Assembly (NCBI GenBank): GCA_964558645.1
Contig: CAZLEV010000005.1
Location: 32,001-96,000 of the forward strand
DNA length: 64,000 bases
Direction of reading: 5' to 3'
Origin: an uncultured archaeon
GTDB taxonomy: Archaea; Asgardarchaeota; Thorarchaeia; Thorarchaeales; Thorarchaeaceae
Shown: positions 39,548 through 47,606 of the stretch, piece by piece
How the letters are laid out: every line of letters starts with the position of its first letter
How positions within the stretch are numbered: the stretch's first letter is position 1
Notes under the pieces: model-generated
Databases searched by the model: none
Told to the model about the DNA's origin: nothing
Seen by the model: only the letters and a program-made list of their open reading frames with translations
Program-made: the position numbers and the translations under genes

Positions 39548-40519
39548 ATAGTCTTAGGAGAGAATGAACCCCAGAAGACTGAGTCCATCAGGCTAGTTCG
39601 AGGGTGCCCTTGCTACAAGGTATTCGGGGACGAGAAGCTCTGTGTAAATGATGACATCATCAGAGAGATGAATGTCATTCCAACCCATCCTAATCTGTTT
39701 GCGTTTCATTCGGACAAGGAGGGAATGGAACAAGAAAGGGCAGAAGAAGAGGACATCTGCTATTGCTCGATCTACATCAACTATCCAGACAATAGAGTAT
39801 ACTGCATCTCACAGGGGTGGGTCATCCGAATCCATGGGAAAGACGTACCAGCCTCAGACCTGGAAGATGCCCTACAATTCCTCTCCACGAAGGATTTGAA
39901 CGATAGCGCAGAGATATGCTCAGAATGCTTGTACAAGTTCCTCCTCACGCTTGCAGATACATTTGCAGATGCCATGACTCGGAAGGAGAAGACTGACGAG
40001 ATCAAGAGATACGTGGACAAGTTCTCGCTTATGATAGCAATCAAACACAGCCAGATGGACGAACAGATGGAAACAATCGGCAAGGAGGAGGACATCGAAG
40101 AAGACACCGATCACTTTGCCTTCCTCAGAGGATACCTGGTGCAGTTGATGGAGCAGCAGAACCGGTTCTCAAATCTACACAGTGATCTGAGATCTGAGGG
40201 AGCTGACCAATGGGTACTTCAGCTGGTAGAAATGCGAGAGAAGTTGGCTCGTCTTGAGTATCAGTTCTATAGCCAGACTCTATTACTGCGAGTCGTCAAT
40301 GACTTTAATCTCCTTCTCAAGATGCTATCCTTCATTCTGAAGACATCAGATGAGATACTACATATCAACGAGAGAATCCATGAAGAGATTCTATCAGAGA
40401 GGTTCAATGCCTTGGTAAGAAAGGACAAGCGCTTCGTGGGGCTCAAATCCTACGCTGAGAAGAGCCGCACAGTTGAGCACAACTTCGGTAACATACTCCA
40501 GATCCTATCAAGACTCTAA
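39548..40519 (+). CDS. Hypothetical Cys-motif protein (paralog B); probable ATA start
   Basis: Same motifs as paralog A; RLVRGCPCY lies in frame upstream of ATG 39668. Confidence 0.75.
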   Translation: MVLGENEPQKTESIRLVRGCPCYKVFGDEKLCVNDDIIREMNVIPTHPNLFAFHSDKEGMEQERAEEEDICYCSIYINYPDNRVYCISQGWVIRIHGKDVPASDLEDALQFLSTKDLNDSAEICSECLYKFLLTLADTFADAMTRKEKTDEIKRYVDKFSLMIAIKHSQMDEQMETIGKEEDIEEDTDHFAFLRGYLVQLMEQQNRFSNLHSDLRSEGADQWVLQLVEMREKLARLEYQFYSQTLLLRVVNDFNLLLKMLSFILKTSDEILHINERIHEEILSERFNALVRKDKRFVGLKSYAEKSRTVEHNFGNILQILSRL

Positions 40520-40538
40520 TTGAAAGCGGCCGTGTTTC

Positions 40539-41486
40539 TCATGTGGATGTGCCGAACTCAGATGAGAGCCAGCGCACGTATTCTCTCACACCTCTTTCCA
40601 GAGGCGTCTTTGGCGCCCAACCCATCGACTTGAGAAGTGAGATATCTATATCAGTGATTACAACGTCCCCAGCCCATCCTCTCTCGGTACCCGTGTATTG
40701 GATGTCTGCATCTAGTCCAAGTTCATCAATCACGAGCTCTGCAATCCTTGAAACTCTGAGACGCTCGCCAGAGCTGACATTGATTGGCAGATGACCCTGC
40801 GTGGCAGTTTCACCTAGCAGGATTATAGCATCAATGGTATCGTCTACGTACATGTAGGCTTTCTCTTGAGTTCCGTCGCCTAAGACCTCTAGTCTTGAGG
40901 GATCCTGTTGTAGCTTGATGAAAAAGTCGTATATGACCCCGTGAGTGGAACGGGGACCGATTATATTACCGAGGCGAAGACTCACTGCATCAATTCCATA
41001 TAGCTCCGAGTACGAGTTCAGGTACATCTCAAAGGCCCCTTTGGCAGCGCCGTAGTTACTGATGGGTCTGAATGGCGTATCTTCGGGAGTAGGGAAGACA
41101 GCAGTCTCTCCATAGACTGTTCCACCAGAAGATGCAAAGAGGATACGTTGTACGTCGAATTTTCGGACCGCCTCTAGGACTTGCATGCCTCCTGCAACGT
41201 TGATCCAGAAGTCCGATAGGGGATGCTCCACGCTGAGGCGAACGTCAGGTTGAGCAGCGAGGTGGAAAACCAAATCCACGCCCTCCATTGCCCCCTCGAC
41301 TGTTTCGGAATCCGTGATTGAACCCTCAATGAAGACAAAGTCGGGTCGCTCGAGGTGATTCTTGATGTTGTCAAGGGACCCTCCCGACAGATCATCAAGG
41401 ACCTTCACATCATGCTTCTTCACAAGCCGGTCCACAAGATGACTTCCAATGAAACCAGCTCCGCCAGTGACCAGAACATTTGCCAT
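40539..41486 (-). CDS. NAD-dependent epimerase/dehydratase (GalE-like)
   Basis: TGGAGFIGSH, HLAA, YGAAK, GDG.Q. Confidence 0.92.
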   Translation of the reverse strand: MANVLVTGGAGFIGSHLVDRLVKKHDVKVLDDLSGGSLDNIKNHLERPDFVFIEGSITDSETVEGAMEGVDLVFHLAAQPDVRLSVEHPLSDFWINVAGGMQVLEAVRKFDVQRILFASSGGTVYGETAVFPTPEDTPFRPISNYGAAKGAFEMYLNSYSELYGIDAVSLRLGNIIGPRSTHGVIYDFFIKLQQDPSRLEVLGDGTQEKAYMYVDDTIDAIILLGETATQGHLPINVSSGERLRVSRIAELVIDELGLDADIQYTGTERGWAGDVVITDIDISLLKSMGWAPKTPLERGVREYVRWLSSEFGTST

Positions 41487-41520
41487 TCTGTTTCCCGATT
41501 CTGCAGAATGTTCAGTTTTC

Positions 41521-42132
41521 TTAAGTCTTGCTGGAACAGTCAGGTACCAGTGAGAGAATGCTACGGATGAAGCCTGCAGCCGTTGGACTCTCTTCAGTCT
41601 GATTCCATTTCTTGACAACAGCCCGATGGTTCCCAAGTACTGTCGTTATCTCTGTACCTAATCGTTCCAATTCTTCACGAGAGATCTTTGACCCTTTCCC
41701 CAGACCGGGGCATATATCACTCTTGGCGTTCAGACCCCAATGAAGTGTTTTGTTCTCTAGAGAGAAGTAGAAAGGGAAGGCTCTACATGCCATCGGTCGA
41801 ACTGCATGTATCATGCAGATGTCATCGTCAAGGAAGATACATTCCTCATTGGGTTGCTTCTTCAGAGCGATGTATGCAGAACCTTGTTCTGTATTGACAG
41901 ACGGAAAATCACGCAGTCCCTCTGGAACCTCGCCACCTTCTGGAAGCACATAGAAGTCTATGGCGCGAAGCAACCCGTTTGTGCCCAGTCCCAGACCCTG
42001 ACTGAGTTGTGCAATATCGAATGCTGTCAGAGTCACAACTATCTCTTCATCTCGACAACAAGCACCACACTGCTGGCATTCAAAACGTACACTCGAATCA
42101 AGAGGGGGTCGTTGGGATGGCAGTTGCTGCAA
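41521..42132 (-). CDS. YkgJ-family Cys-cluster (Fe-S/Zn) protein; start uncertain
   Basis: CQQCGACC, CIFL, CMIH..RPMACRAFPF, CPG. Confidence 0.85.
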   Translation of the reverse strand: MQQLPSQRPPLDSSVRFECQQCGACCRDEEIVVTLTAFDIAQLSQGLGLGTNGLLRAIDFYVLPEGGEVPEGLRDFPSVNTEQGSAYIALKKQPNEECIFLDDDICMIHAVRPMACRAFPFYFSLENKTLHWGLNAKSDICPGLGKGSKISREELERLGTEITTVLGNHRAVVKKWNQTEESPTAAGFIRSILSLVPDCSSKT

Positions 42133-43303
42133 CTCCTTTCCTGAGGGTCCTGAGGTAGTTCTCAAGAATCGCCAGACCCTCCTCCATCTCTTCCATCGAC
42201 GCGGCATAGGTGAAGCGTAGATGATGGTCGAAATCGGCCCCGAATACTCTCCCAGGTGTGCATACAACACCAGTCTCTCTCAGAATGCGTTCGGCAAGCT
42301 CTTCACTACCTATGCCATAGGCTGAAAAATCAGGAAACACGTAGAATGCCCCAAGTGGATTTACACAGGCCACATCACCCATACCGCAGAAGATGCTCTT
42401 CATGCGGTCTCTTCTCCGCTGGTATTCTTGCCGCATCATCTCGACAGAGCTCTGGTCGCCAGTGAGTGCCTCAACTCCAGCAACCTGCACGAATGAGGTG
42501 GCACATGAGGTCGTATTCTGTTGGATTCGAACCATATTGTCGATTGTTTCCGAGTTTCCCACGGCATAACCCAATCGCCAACCGGTCATTGAGTATGTTT
42601 TCGAAAAACCGTTGACCACGAGGGTGCGTTCCATGGCCGGATCAATCTCCAGCATGGACACCTTTTCAGTCTCCTCGTAAATCAGACTCTCGTATATCTC
42701 ATCACTGAACACGACAAAATCGTGATCGCAAGCAAGTTCGTGGATTGCACGGAGATCGTTGCGACTCAAGACGCCCCCAGTGGGGTTGTTTGGACTATTG
42801 ATAACTAGGCCCCTACAGTCTGGTGTTATCTTCTCCTTCAGTGATTCAACATTGAATGTATATCGGGAATCTGTGGGTACGTCAATAGGTCTTCCACCGG
42901 CATTGCGTATCATAACTCGATAGCTTGGCCATGCTGGAGTTAGCATGATGACGTCATCACCAGCATCGATGGCGGATAGTATGCCCATGAATAGAGCCAT
43001 CTTGGCTCCCGGTGTCACAATGACGTTCTTTCGTCCAGCAATGCCGATTCCCCTCTCAGCATACAAGTCAGAGATGGCATCCAGCAAGGGGGGTATCCCG
43101 CGTGAGGAGACGTATTTCGTGACCCCGGCCTTGAGAGCACCAATCGCAGCATTGGTGATATTCGCAGGAGTAGGAAAATCTGGCTGGCCAACTTCAAAAT
43201 GGTAGATTCTTCTACCCTCTGCCTCTAAGCGAGATGCTAGCTCAAACATCCGCAGAGTTCCAGATGCGGGGATTCTTTGCATGTGATGCGAGGTCCAATC
43301 CAT
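42098..43303 (-). CDS. Class I PLP-dependent aminotransferase (aspartate type)
   Basis: GQPDF, NSPNNPTG, SDEIY, SKTYSMTGWRLG. Confidence 0.95.
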   Translation of the reverse strand: MDWTSHHMQRIPASGTLRMFELASRLEAEGRRIYHFEVGQPDFPTPANITNAAIGALKAGVTKYVSSRGIPPLLDAISDLYAERGIGIAGRKNVIVTPGAKMALFMGILSAIDAGDDVIMLTPAWPSYRVMIRNAGGRPIDVPTDSRYTFNVESLKEKITPDCRGLVINSPNNPTGGVLSRNDLRAIHELACDHDFVVFSDEIYESLIYEETEKVSMLEIDPAMERTLVVNGFSKTYSMTGWRLGYAVGNSETIDNMVRIQQNTTSCATSFVQVAGVEALTGDQSSVEMMRQEYQRRRDRMKSIFCGMGDVACVNPLGAFYVFPDFSAYGIGSEELAERILRETGVVCTPGRVFGADFDHHLRFTYAASMEEMEEGLAILENYLRTLRKGVAATAIPTTPS

Positions 43304-43378
43304 CGGCTTATCACCGCATTACTGACAAGCGGGGGGAATACCATTGCCAGCATAACAGCCCAGCAAAGAAACGTTATA

Positions 43379-44218
43379 TTACTTGTGGATGCGTACATGC
43401 TCTGAGAAGCTCTCAAACAGCCGCTCTTTCTGATTTTCGGTGCCCAGCACTCTTATCCGATCGGGCATAGCCTCACCCAACCCCTCTTCATATGCCCTTC
43501 GAACATAGGGTACATCCATGGGATCCAGTCCAAATAGACCTGAACAGAAAGCATCAACAGCAACGGGGTCTTCTCCTACAATGACACCACCAACGTGTAC
43601 TTTGTTTCGATCAATGCGGTCTCCCACAACTACATCCGTCAAGTCGACAATCGTCAGAGACGGCCTGAAAGCGACAAGTAGATCGAGAAGCACCTCGGTC
43701 AGGCGCTCATGATGCTTCGATTTGTCCTGCTCAGGAAGAAGGCCAAGTAGGTTCTTGATCGATGCACCGAGTCCAATCGAGGGGTCGGTTTTCGCAGTAC
43801 AAACGTTAACAATGAAGGGATTGAGAGCAAGAATATCAGGGATGGGCCTCTCGAAAAAAGCATGACCAGAGAATCTTGCAGGGACTGTATCGAGACTTGA
43901 TAGATTCACCAATCTAAAGCCCTCAAGCTGAAGCTGTGTATACTGCATCTGTTTGAAGGCATCTTCAGCCGTTCGTTTCGGGTTATCGCTCTCAATTATA
44001 GACACGTTTGCCGCATGCTTGAATATTCGAGCGACAGCCCTTGTCATCTCTAGTGATGTGTTGCCGGGAAGTGAAGGGGCATAGATGGAGGGTTTGACCA
44101 ACACCTGGCTGAGCGGAGCATCAAGGCGAATTGGCGATGAGAGTCTGGAAAGAGCGGCACCAAGGGTTTCCCAAGGGGTTCGCCTCACAGCGACTGCAAC
44201 TTCAGCAGATGTTTTCAT
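43379..44218 (-). CDS. DUF362 domain protein
   Basis: VLVKP, KT, IKNLLG, DPVAVDA. Confidence 0.8.
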   Translation of the reverse strand: MKTSAEVAVAVRRTPWETLGAALSRLSSPIRLDAPLSQVLVKPSIYAPSLPGNTSLEMTRAVARIFKHAANVSIIESDNPKRTAEDAFKQMQYTQLQLEGFRLVNLSSLDTVPARFSGHAFFERPIPDILALNPFIVNVCTAKTDPSIGLGASIKNLLGLLPEQDKSKHHERLTEVLLDLLVAFRPSLTIVDLTDVVVGDRIDRNKVHVGGVIVGEDPVAVDAFCSGLFGLDPMDVPYVRRAYEEGLGEAMPDRIRVLGTENQKERLFESFSEHVRIHK

Positions 44219-44407
44219 AGGATGTAGTCATGGAGTTGAGCCTTTAAGTCAGACGTAAGGAGCGAAAGTCGCGAATGATTTCTTAGTACACCTCAACGAG
44301 GAGGAGGGGCAATCCAGTTGCCGGACTGATTGTGTTTGATAGGCTCTGTTTGAGTTTATGCTTCCCCGGATCCGAAGGCTCACAATTGTGTGATGATCTG
44401 TGGTCAT

Positions 44408-45793
44408 TCAGGCTCCAAAGAATAGCCTTCGTGCTCTCCGCCGACGTTCTTCCTCGCTCTCGTCGGATTCTGGCGGCGGCGGAGGAGGAGGAGTCTTTGC
44501 TTCCTTTGATTCGGAAGGCTCCGTTTCGTCCTCTTCCTCCTTCTCTCCGAACTCCTCTGAATCTTCAGAGTCAACGGTCGAGGGTTCATCATAAGGAGTC
44601 CAAAGGCTGGGTTCTTCTGATTCATCCTCTACAGGGCCGACTTCTGTCGGATCAGGGGGCTTCAAATCGTCTTCGTCGACATAACCTCTATGTGGTCCTT
44701 CGTCGACCTCAGCATCTTCATCGGGGTGAGTGACCTCATCCGCATCTGGTATCACCGATCGTTCATAGTCATGCCATGTGAATGAGCCAGAATCATCCGC
44801 CGCATCCTCAGACGCATCGTCTTCAGTGGTCTCGGCATCGGCCTCCACTTCGTCAGTGAACTCGTCCTCTTCAGATGGATGAGGCGATATCTCAACCCCA
44901 TATGATGAGAAAGCACGCTCCAGTTGATCAAGGGCTCCAGAAAGCCGCGGGTCTTCTCCTTCTGATGGCTCTTCGTCGTCGGTTTCGTCCCATTCAACCT
45001 TGGGAGACTCTGCCTCAGAAGAGGTGGATTCGATATCTACTTGAAAAGAGGCCTCATCTTCGGTTTCAGGCACCTCAGGTTCGTCGGGCACAGGTACAGG
45101 GGCTGAGTGTGCCTCCGATTCATGCTCTGCGTCTTCAATAATCAGATCTTGGGGTTCAGATAACTCGAACTCCTCGGAGAAGTCCCGTTCTGCATCGAAA
45201 TCTGGCTCTCGGCTCGCATCTTCGGATGTTCTCTCGATGTGGTCTATCGATGCCGACTCAACATCATCAAAGGCAGGTTCGATTCTCTCCTCTGCTTCCG
45301 CGTCTTCGGAGTCTTCATGAAGAAGGGGAGAGTCGGGAAGCTCCGCATCATCAGGTGCAACATAGTCGTCTTCAGGCGGTGCCTCAGTAGCAGAATCATC
45401 TGCAGGGTGGGTCTCACCAGAATACAAGTCCCCAGGGTCTGTAAGCGTTCGTGCAAGGGGAGAGTCCTCTACCATCGACTCTGCCTTTTCAAAGAAGTCC
45501 ACTCCAGAACCTTCTGTATGTGATGGTTCCTCTTCTCCTTCAGAGGAGAACTGGATACCCAATGCGTGACTAAGACATGACTCACACCGCTTGGCCGCGG
45601 CAATGAGAGCCTCGTGCATGAACTGATCTAGGGGCTTTGCCTTGTTTGGATTCCTGCTCCTCCACTTCAAGAAACTGTCAATCATGCGCAACGCGTCACG
45701 TACTCCGAGCCAGTACGACTCGTCTTTACTACTGAAACTCAACTGGAACACCAATACTGAGATGTCGGAATTGGAGAAAAGGCTTTCCGTCAT
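44408..45793 (-). CDS. Acidic low-complexity protein with folded N-domain and C-terminal poly-Pro plus basic helix
   Basis: D/E/S/P-rich body, CESC, PPPPPPP..EEERRRRARRLFFGA. Confidence 0.75.
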   Translation of the reverse strand: MTESLFSNSDISVLVFQLSFSSKDESYWLGVRDALRMIDSFLKWRSRNPNKAKPLDQFMHEALIAAAKRCESCLSHALGIQFSSEGEEEPSHTEGSGVDFFEKAESMVEDSPLARTLTDPGDLYSGETHPADDSATEAPPEDDYVAPDDAELPDSPLLHEDSEDAEAEERIEPAFDDVESASIDHIERTSEDASREPDFDAERDFSEEFELSEPQDLIIEDAEHESEAHSAPVPVPDEPEVPETEDEASFQVDIESTSSEAESPKVEWDETDDEEPSEGEDPRLSGALDQLERAFSSYGVEISPHPSEEDEFTDEVEADAETTEDDASEDAADDSGSFTWHDYERSVIPDADEVTHPDEDAEVDEGPHRGYVDEDDLKPPDPTEVGPVEDESEEPSLWTPYDEPSTVDSEDSEEFGEKEEEDETEPSESKEAKTPPPPPPPESDESEEERRRRARRLFFGA

Positions 45794-45811
45794 GAGATGG
45801 TCTGAACACGG

Positions 45812-46249
45812 TCATTTCTGCCTTTGTTCGAGCATCTCACCGACCAGGTCTCTGAAGATCTCCGCCAGCTCAGCGCACTTCGTCTGGTCCAGGCGACCAT
45901 CCGCCGTGAAGACGCGAGTTGGATATCTTTCACCCAGATTCTCACGCACATCATTCCTGTACTTTGTTTCTAGCTCGGGTGTGGACTCGGGAAGCACAAT
46001 CAAAGCAGCGGTCGCACCCTTATAACTCAAAGAAAAGAGGAGATCCATTGCTGTGTCCTTGGGAGACATGATGAGCGCACGCACATCAGAATCTAGAGTC
46101 TTCATGTCTGCCGAGCCTATTCGTATACCATCAACGACAATCGTCTGATCCATTAGAGCCGTAAGGACTCCCTCCAATAGTTCATCATCAGGACCGACTA
46201 TGGTTATCTTGAACGAGTACCTCGATTTCTTCGCGGGCATGCTCATCAC
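45812..46249 (-). CDS. Degenerate Rab/Ras-like small GTPase
   Basis: YSFKITIVG and SYKGATAALIV match Rab beta1 and RabF4/beta4; P-loop, DxxG and NKxD absent. Confidence 0.55.
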   Translation of the reverse strand: MMSMPAKKSRYSFKITIVGPDDELLEGVLTALMDQTIVVDGIRIGSADMKTLDSDVRALIMSPKDTAMDLLFSLSYKGATAALIVLPESTPELETKYRNDVRENLGERYPTRVFTADGRLDQTKCAELAEIFRDLVGEMLEQRQK

Positions 46250-46393
46250 CTGTTCAGACTTGTTGCAAGAGTGATAGATACTTAGAGCTGACGAACTGTT
46301 GATATGTCTTATGAATACCTCAACCGCAGTAGGGAATCATGCAGCCATAGATTATTAAGAAAAGGGCAAGGGGCTTGATTCTAAGGGATTAGG

Positions 46394-46741
46394 TTGACAA
46401 CAAAGGCAGAAGTGTTCAAAACGTTAGAACCCGTTCAAGACCCTGAACACCCGGTATCCATTACTGACCCAAGGATGGCGATAGTAACCATGGACTACAT
46501 CAGTGTCGATGAGGATACTATCAGAGTAGAGTTCAAACCAACGGTTCCCTACTGTCCCATGGGCGGACTGATTGGGATTCTTATCAGGCACAGGTTAGAA
46601 GAAGTCTATCCTGATGCAGAGATCGAGGTCAGGGTTTTGCCGGGATCTCACAGTCAGGAAGAGGCAGTCAATAGCATGATAAATGACAACGCGAAGTATC
46701 AGAATGTTGTGGAACAACTGAAGCAACGAGATATGCTGTAG
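46394..46741 (+). CDS. MIP18/CIA2 (DUF59) Fe-S assembly protein
   Basis: DPEHP, F.PTVPYCPM..LIG, PGSH..E.AVN. Confidence 0.88.
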   Translation: MTTKAEVFKTLEPVQDPEHPVSITDPRMAIVTMDYISVDEDTIRVEFKPTVPYCPMGGLIGILIRHRLEEVYPDAEIEVRVLPGSHSQEEAVNSMINDNAKYQNVVEQLKQRDML

Positions 46742-46762
46742 AGAACTGCAGAGGTATCAAGA

Positions 46763-47110
46763 TTGAAGACCTCCGATTACATTTTGGGGGCAGGAGGCAT
46801 TCTGCTCATCGTCGGAGCAGTCCTAGTGGCATTTGCTGGATGGCAAGGAGAGAGTTTCATCATTTTGTTCCCCTTCTTCATCGCTGGAGACTTAGGCCCA
46901 ATCGTTGTCGTCTTCGTGGTTATCAGCTTACTACTACCCCTGATGCTTTTCGCACTGTTTCTGAGAAACGCCTCACAGGTGAGTAGGGGCCAGGTTCCTG
47001 ATTGGCGCCAGGGAGAAACATGCCCCGGCTGTGGAACTACTCTTCCACAGCAAGCAGAATTCTGTTACAAGTGCGGCCGACCTCTACACGAGAAACACGA
47101 TATGCGCTGA
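46763..47110 (+). CDS. Membrane protein with C-terminal zinc ribbon
   Basis: TM helices plus CPGCG..FCYKCG. Confidence 0.8.
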   Translation: MKTSDYILGAGGILLIVGAVLVAFAGWQGESFIILFPFFIAGDLGPIVVVFVVISLLLPLMLFALFLRNASQVSRGQVPDWRQGETCPGCGTTLPQQAEFCYKCGRPLHEKHDMR

Positions 47111-47135
47111 CAAGTCATCAGTTAGACACCTTTGA

Positions 47136-47606
47136 GTGTGCAAAGCGTTGAAACGGAAGATACGATTCCTGAAGCCTTCAGATTTGGATGATGTGGAGAG
47201 AATAGAGAGCTTGTCATTTCCCGAGCCGTGGGACTTCGAGATTTTTGAGATTCTGGCGTCGTACCACGGCAGGGCGAAGAAGAGAGGGGGCGAGAAACTG
47301 TACATGTATGTGCTCGAAGAGAACGGCGTGACGGGGTATGTGGTCTGGGAAGAATCTGCAAACGAAGGACATATTCTAAACCTAGCAGTTCGAGAAGACA
47401 AGAGAGGCAGTGGTCGTGGAAGAGAACTGCTTCTCTTCGCCCTCAGAAGACAAGAGCTTAGTGGAATGACTTCTTGCATCCTCGAATGCAGAGAAAGCAA
47501 TGCAATTGCACGACGTTTCTATGAGAGCGTTGGCATGACCCAAGTGGATCGTGTCGCCGGATACTACGGAGATCAGGACGCCATCATCTACAGATGGGAC
47601 TTCTAG
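47136..47606 (+). CDS. rimI: RimI/Ard1-like N-acetyltransferase
   Basis: IE..SFPEPW, HILNLAV, RGSGRG, LECRESN..A..FYES.G, YY...DA. Confidence 0.88.
   Translation: MCKALKRKIRFLKPSDLDDVERIESLSFPEPWDFEIFEILASYHGRAKKRGGEKLYMYVLEENGVTGYVVWEESANEGHILNLAVREDKRGSGRGRELLLFALRRQELSGMTSCILECRESNAIARRFYESVGMTQVDRVAGYYGDQDAIIYRWDF

Noticed and set aside
42133-42270. ORF-track N-terminal extension of YkgJ (likewise 41487-41636 for the epimerase)
   Set aside because: These overlap neighbouring genes and show no family similarity.
44270-44335. Possible C/D sRNA (ATGATT...CTGA)
   Set aside because: The C box is degenerate, and the nearby TATA is better explained as the DUF362 promoter.
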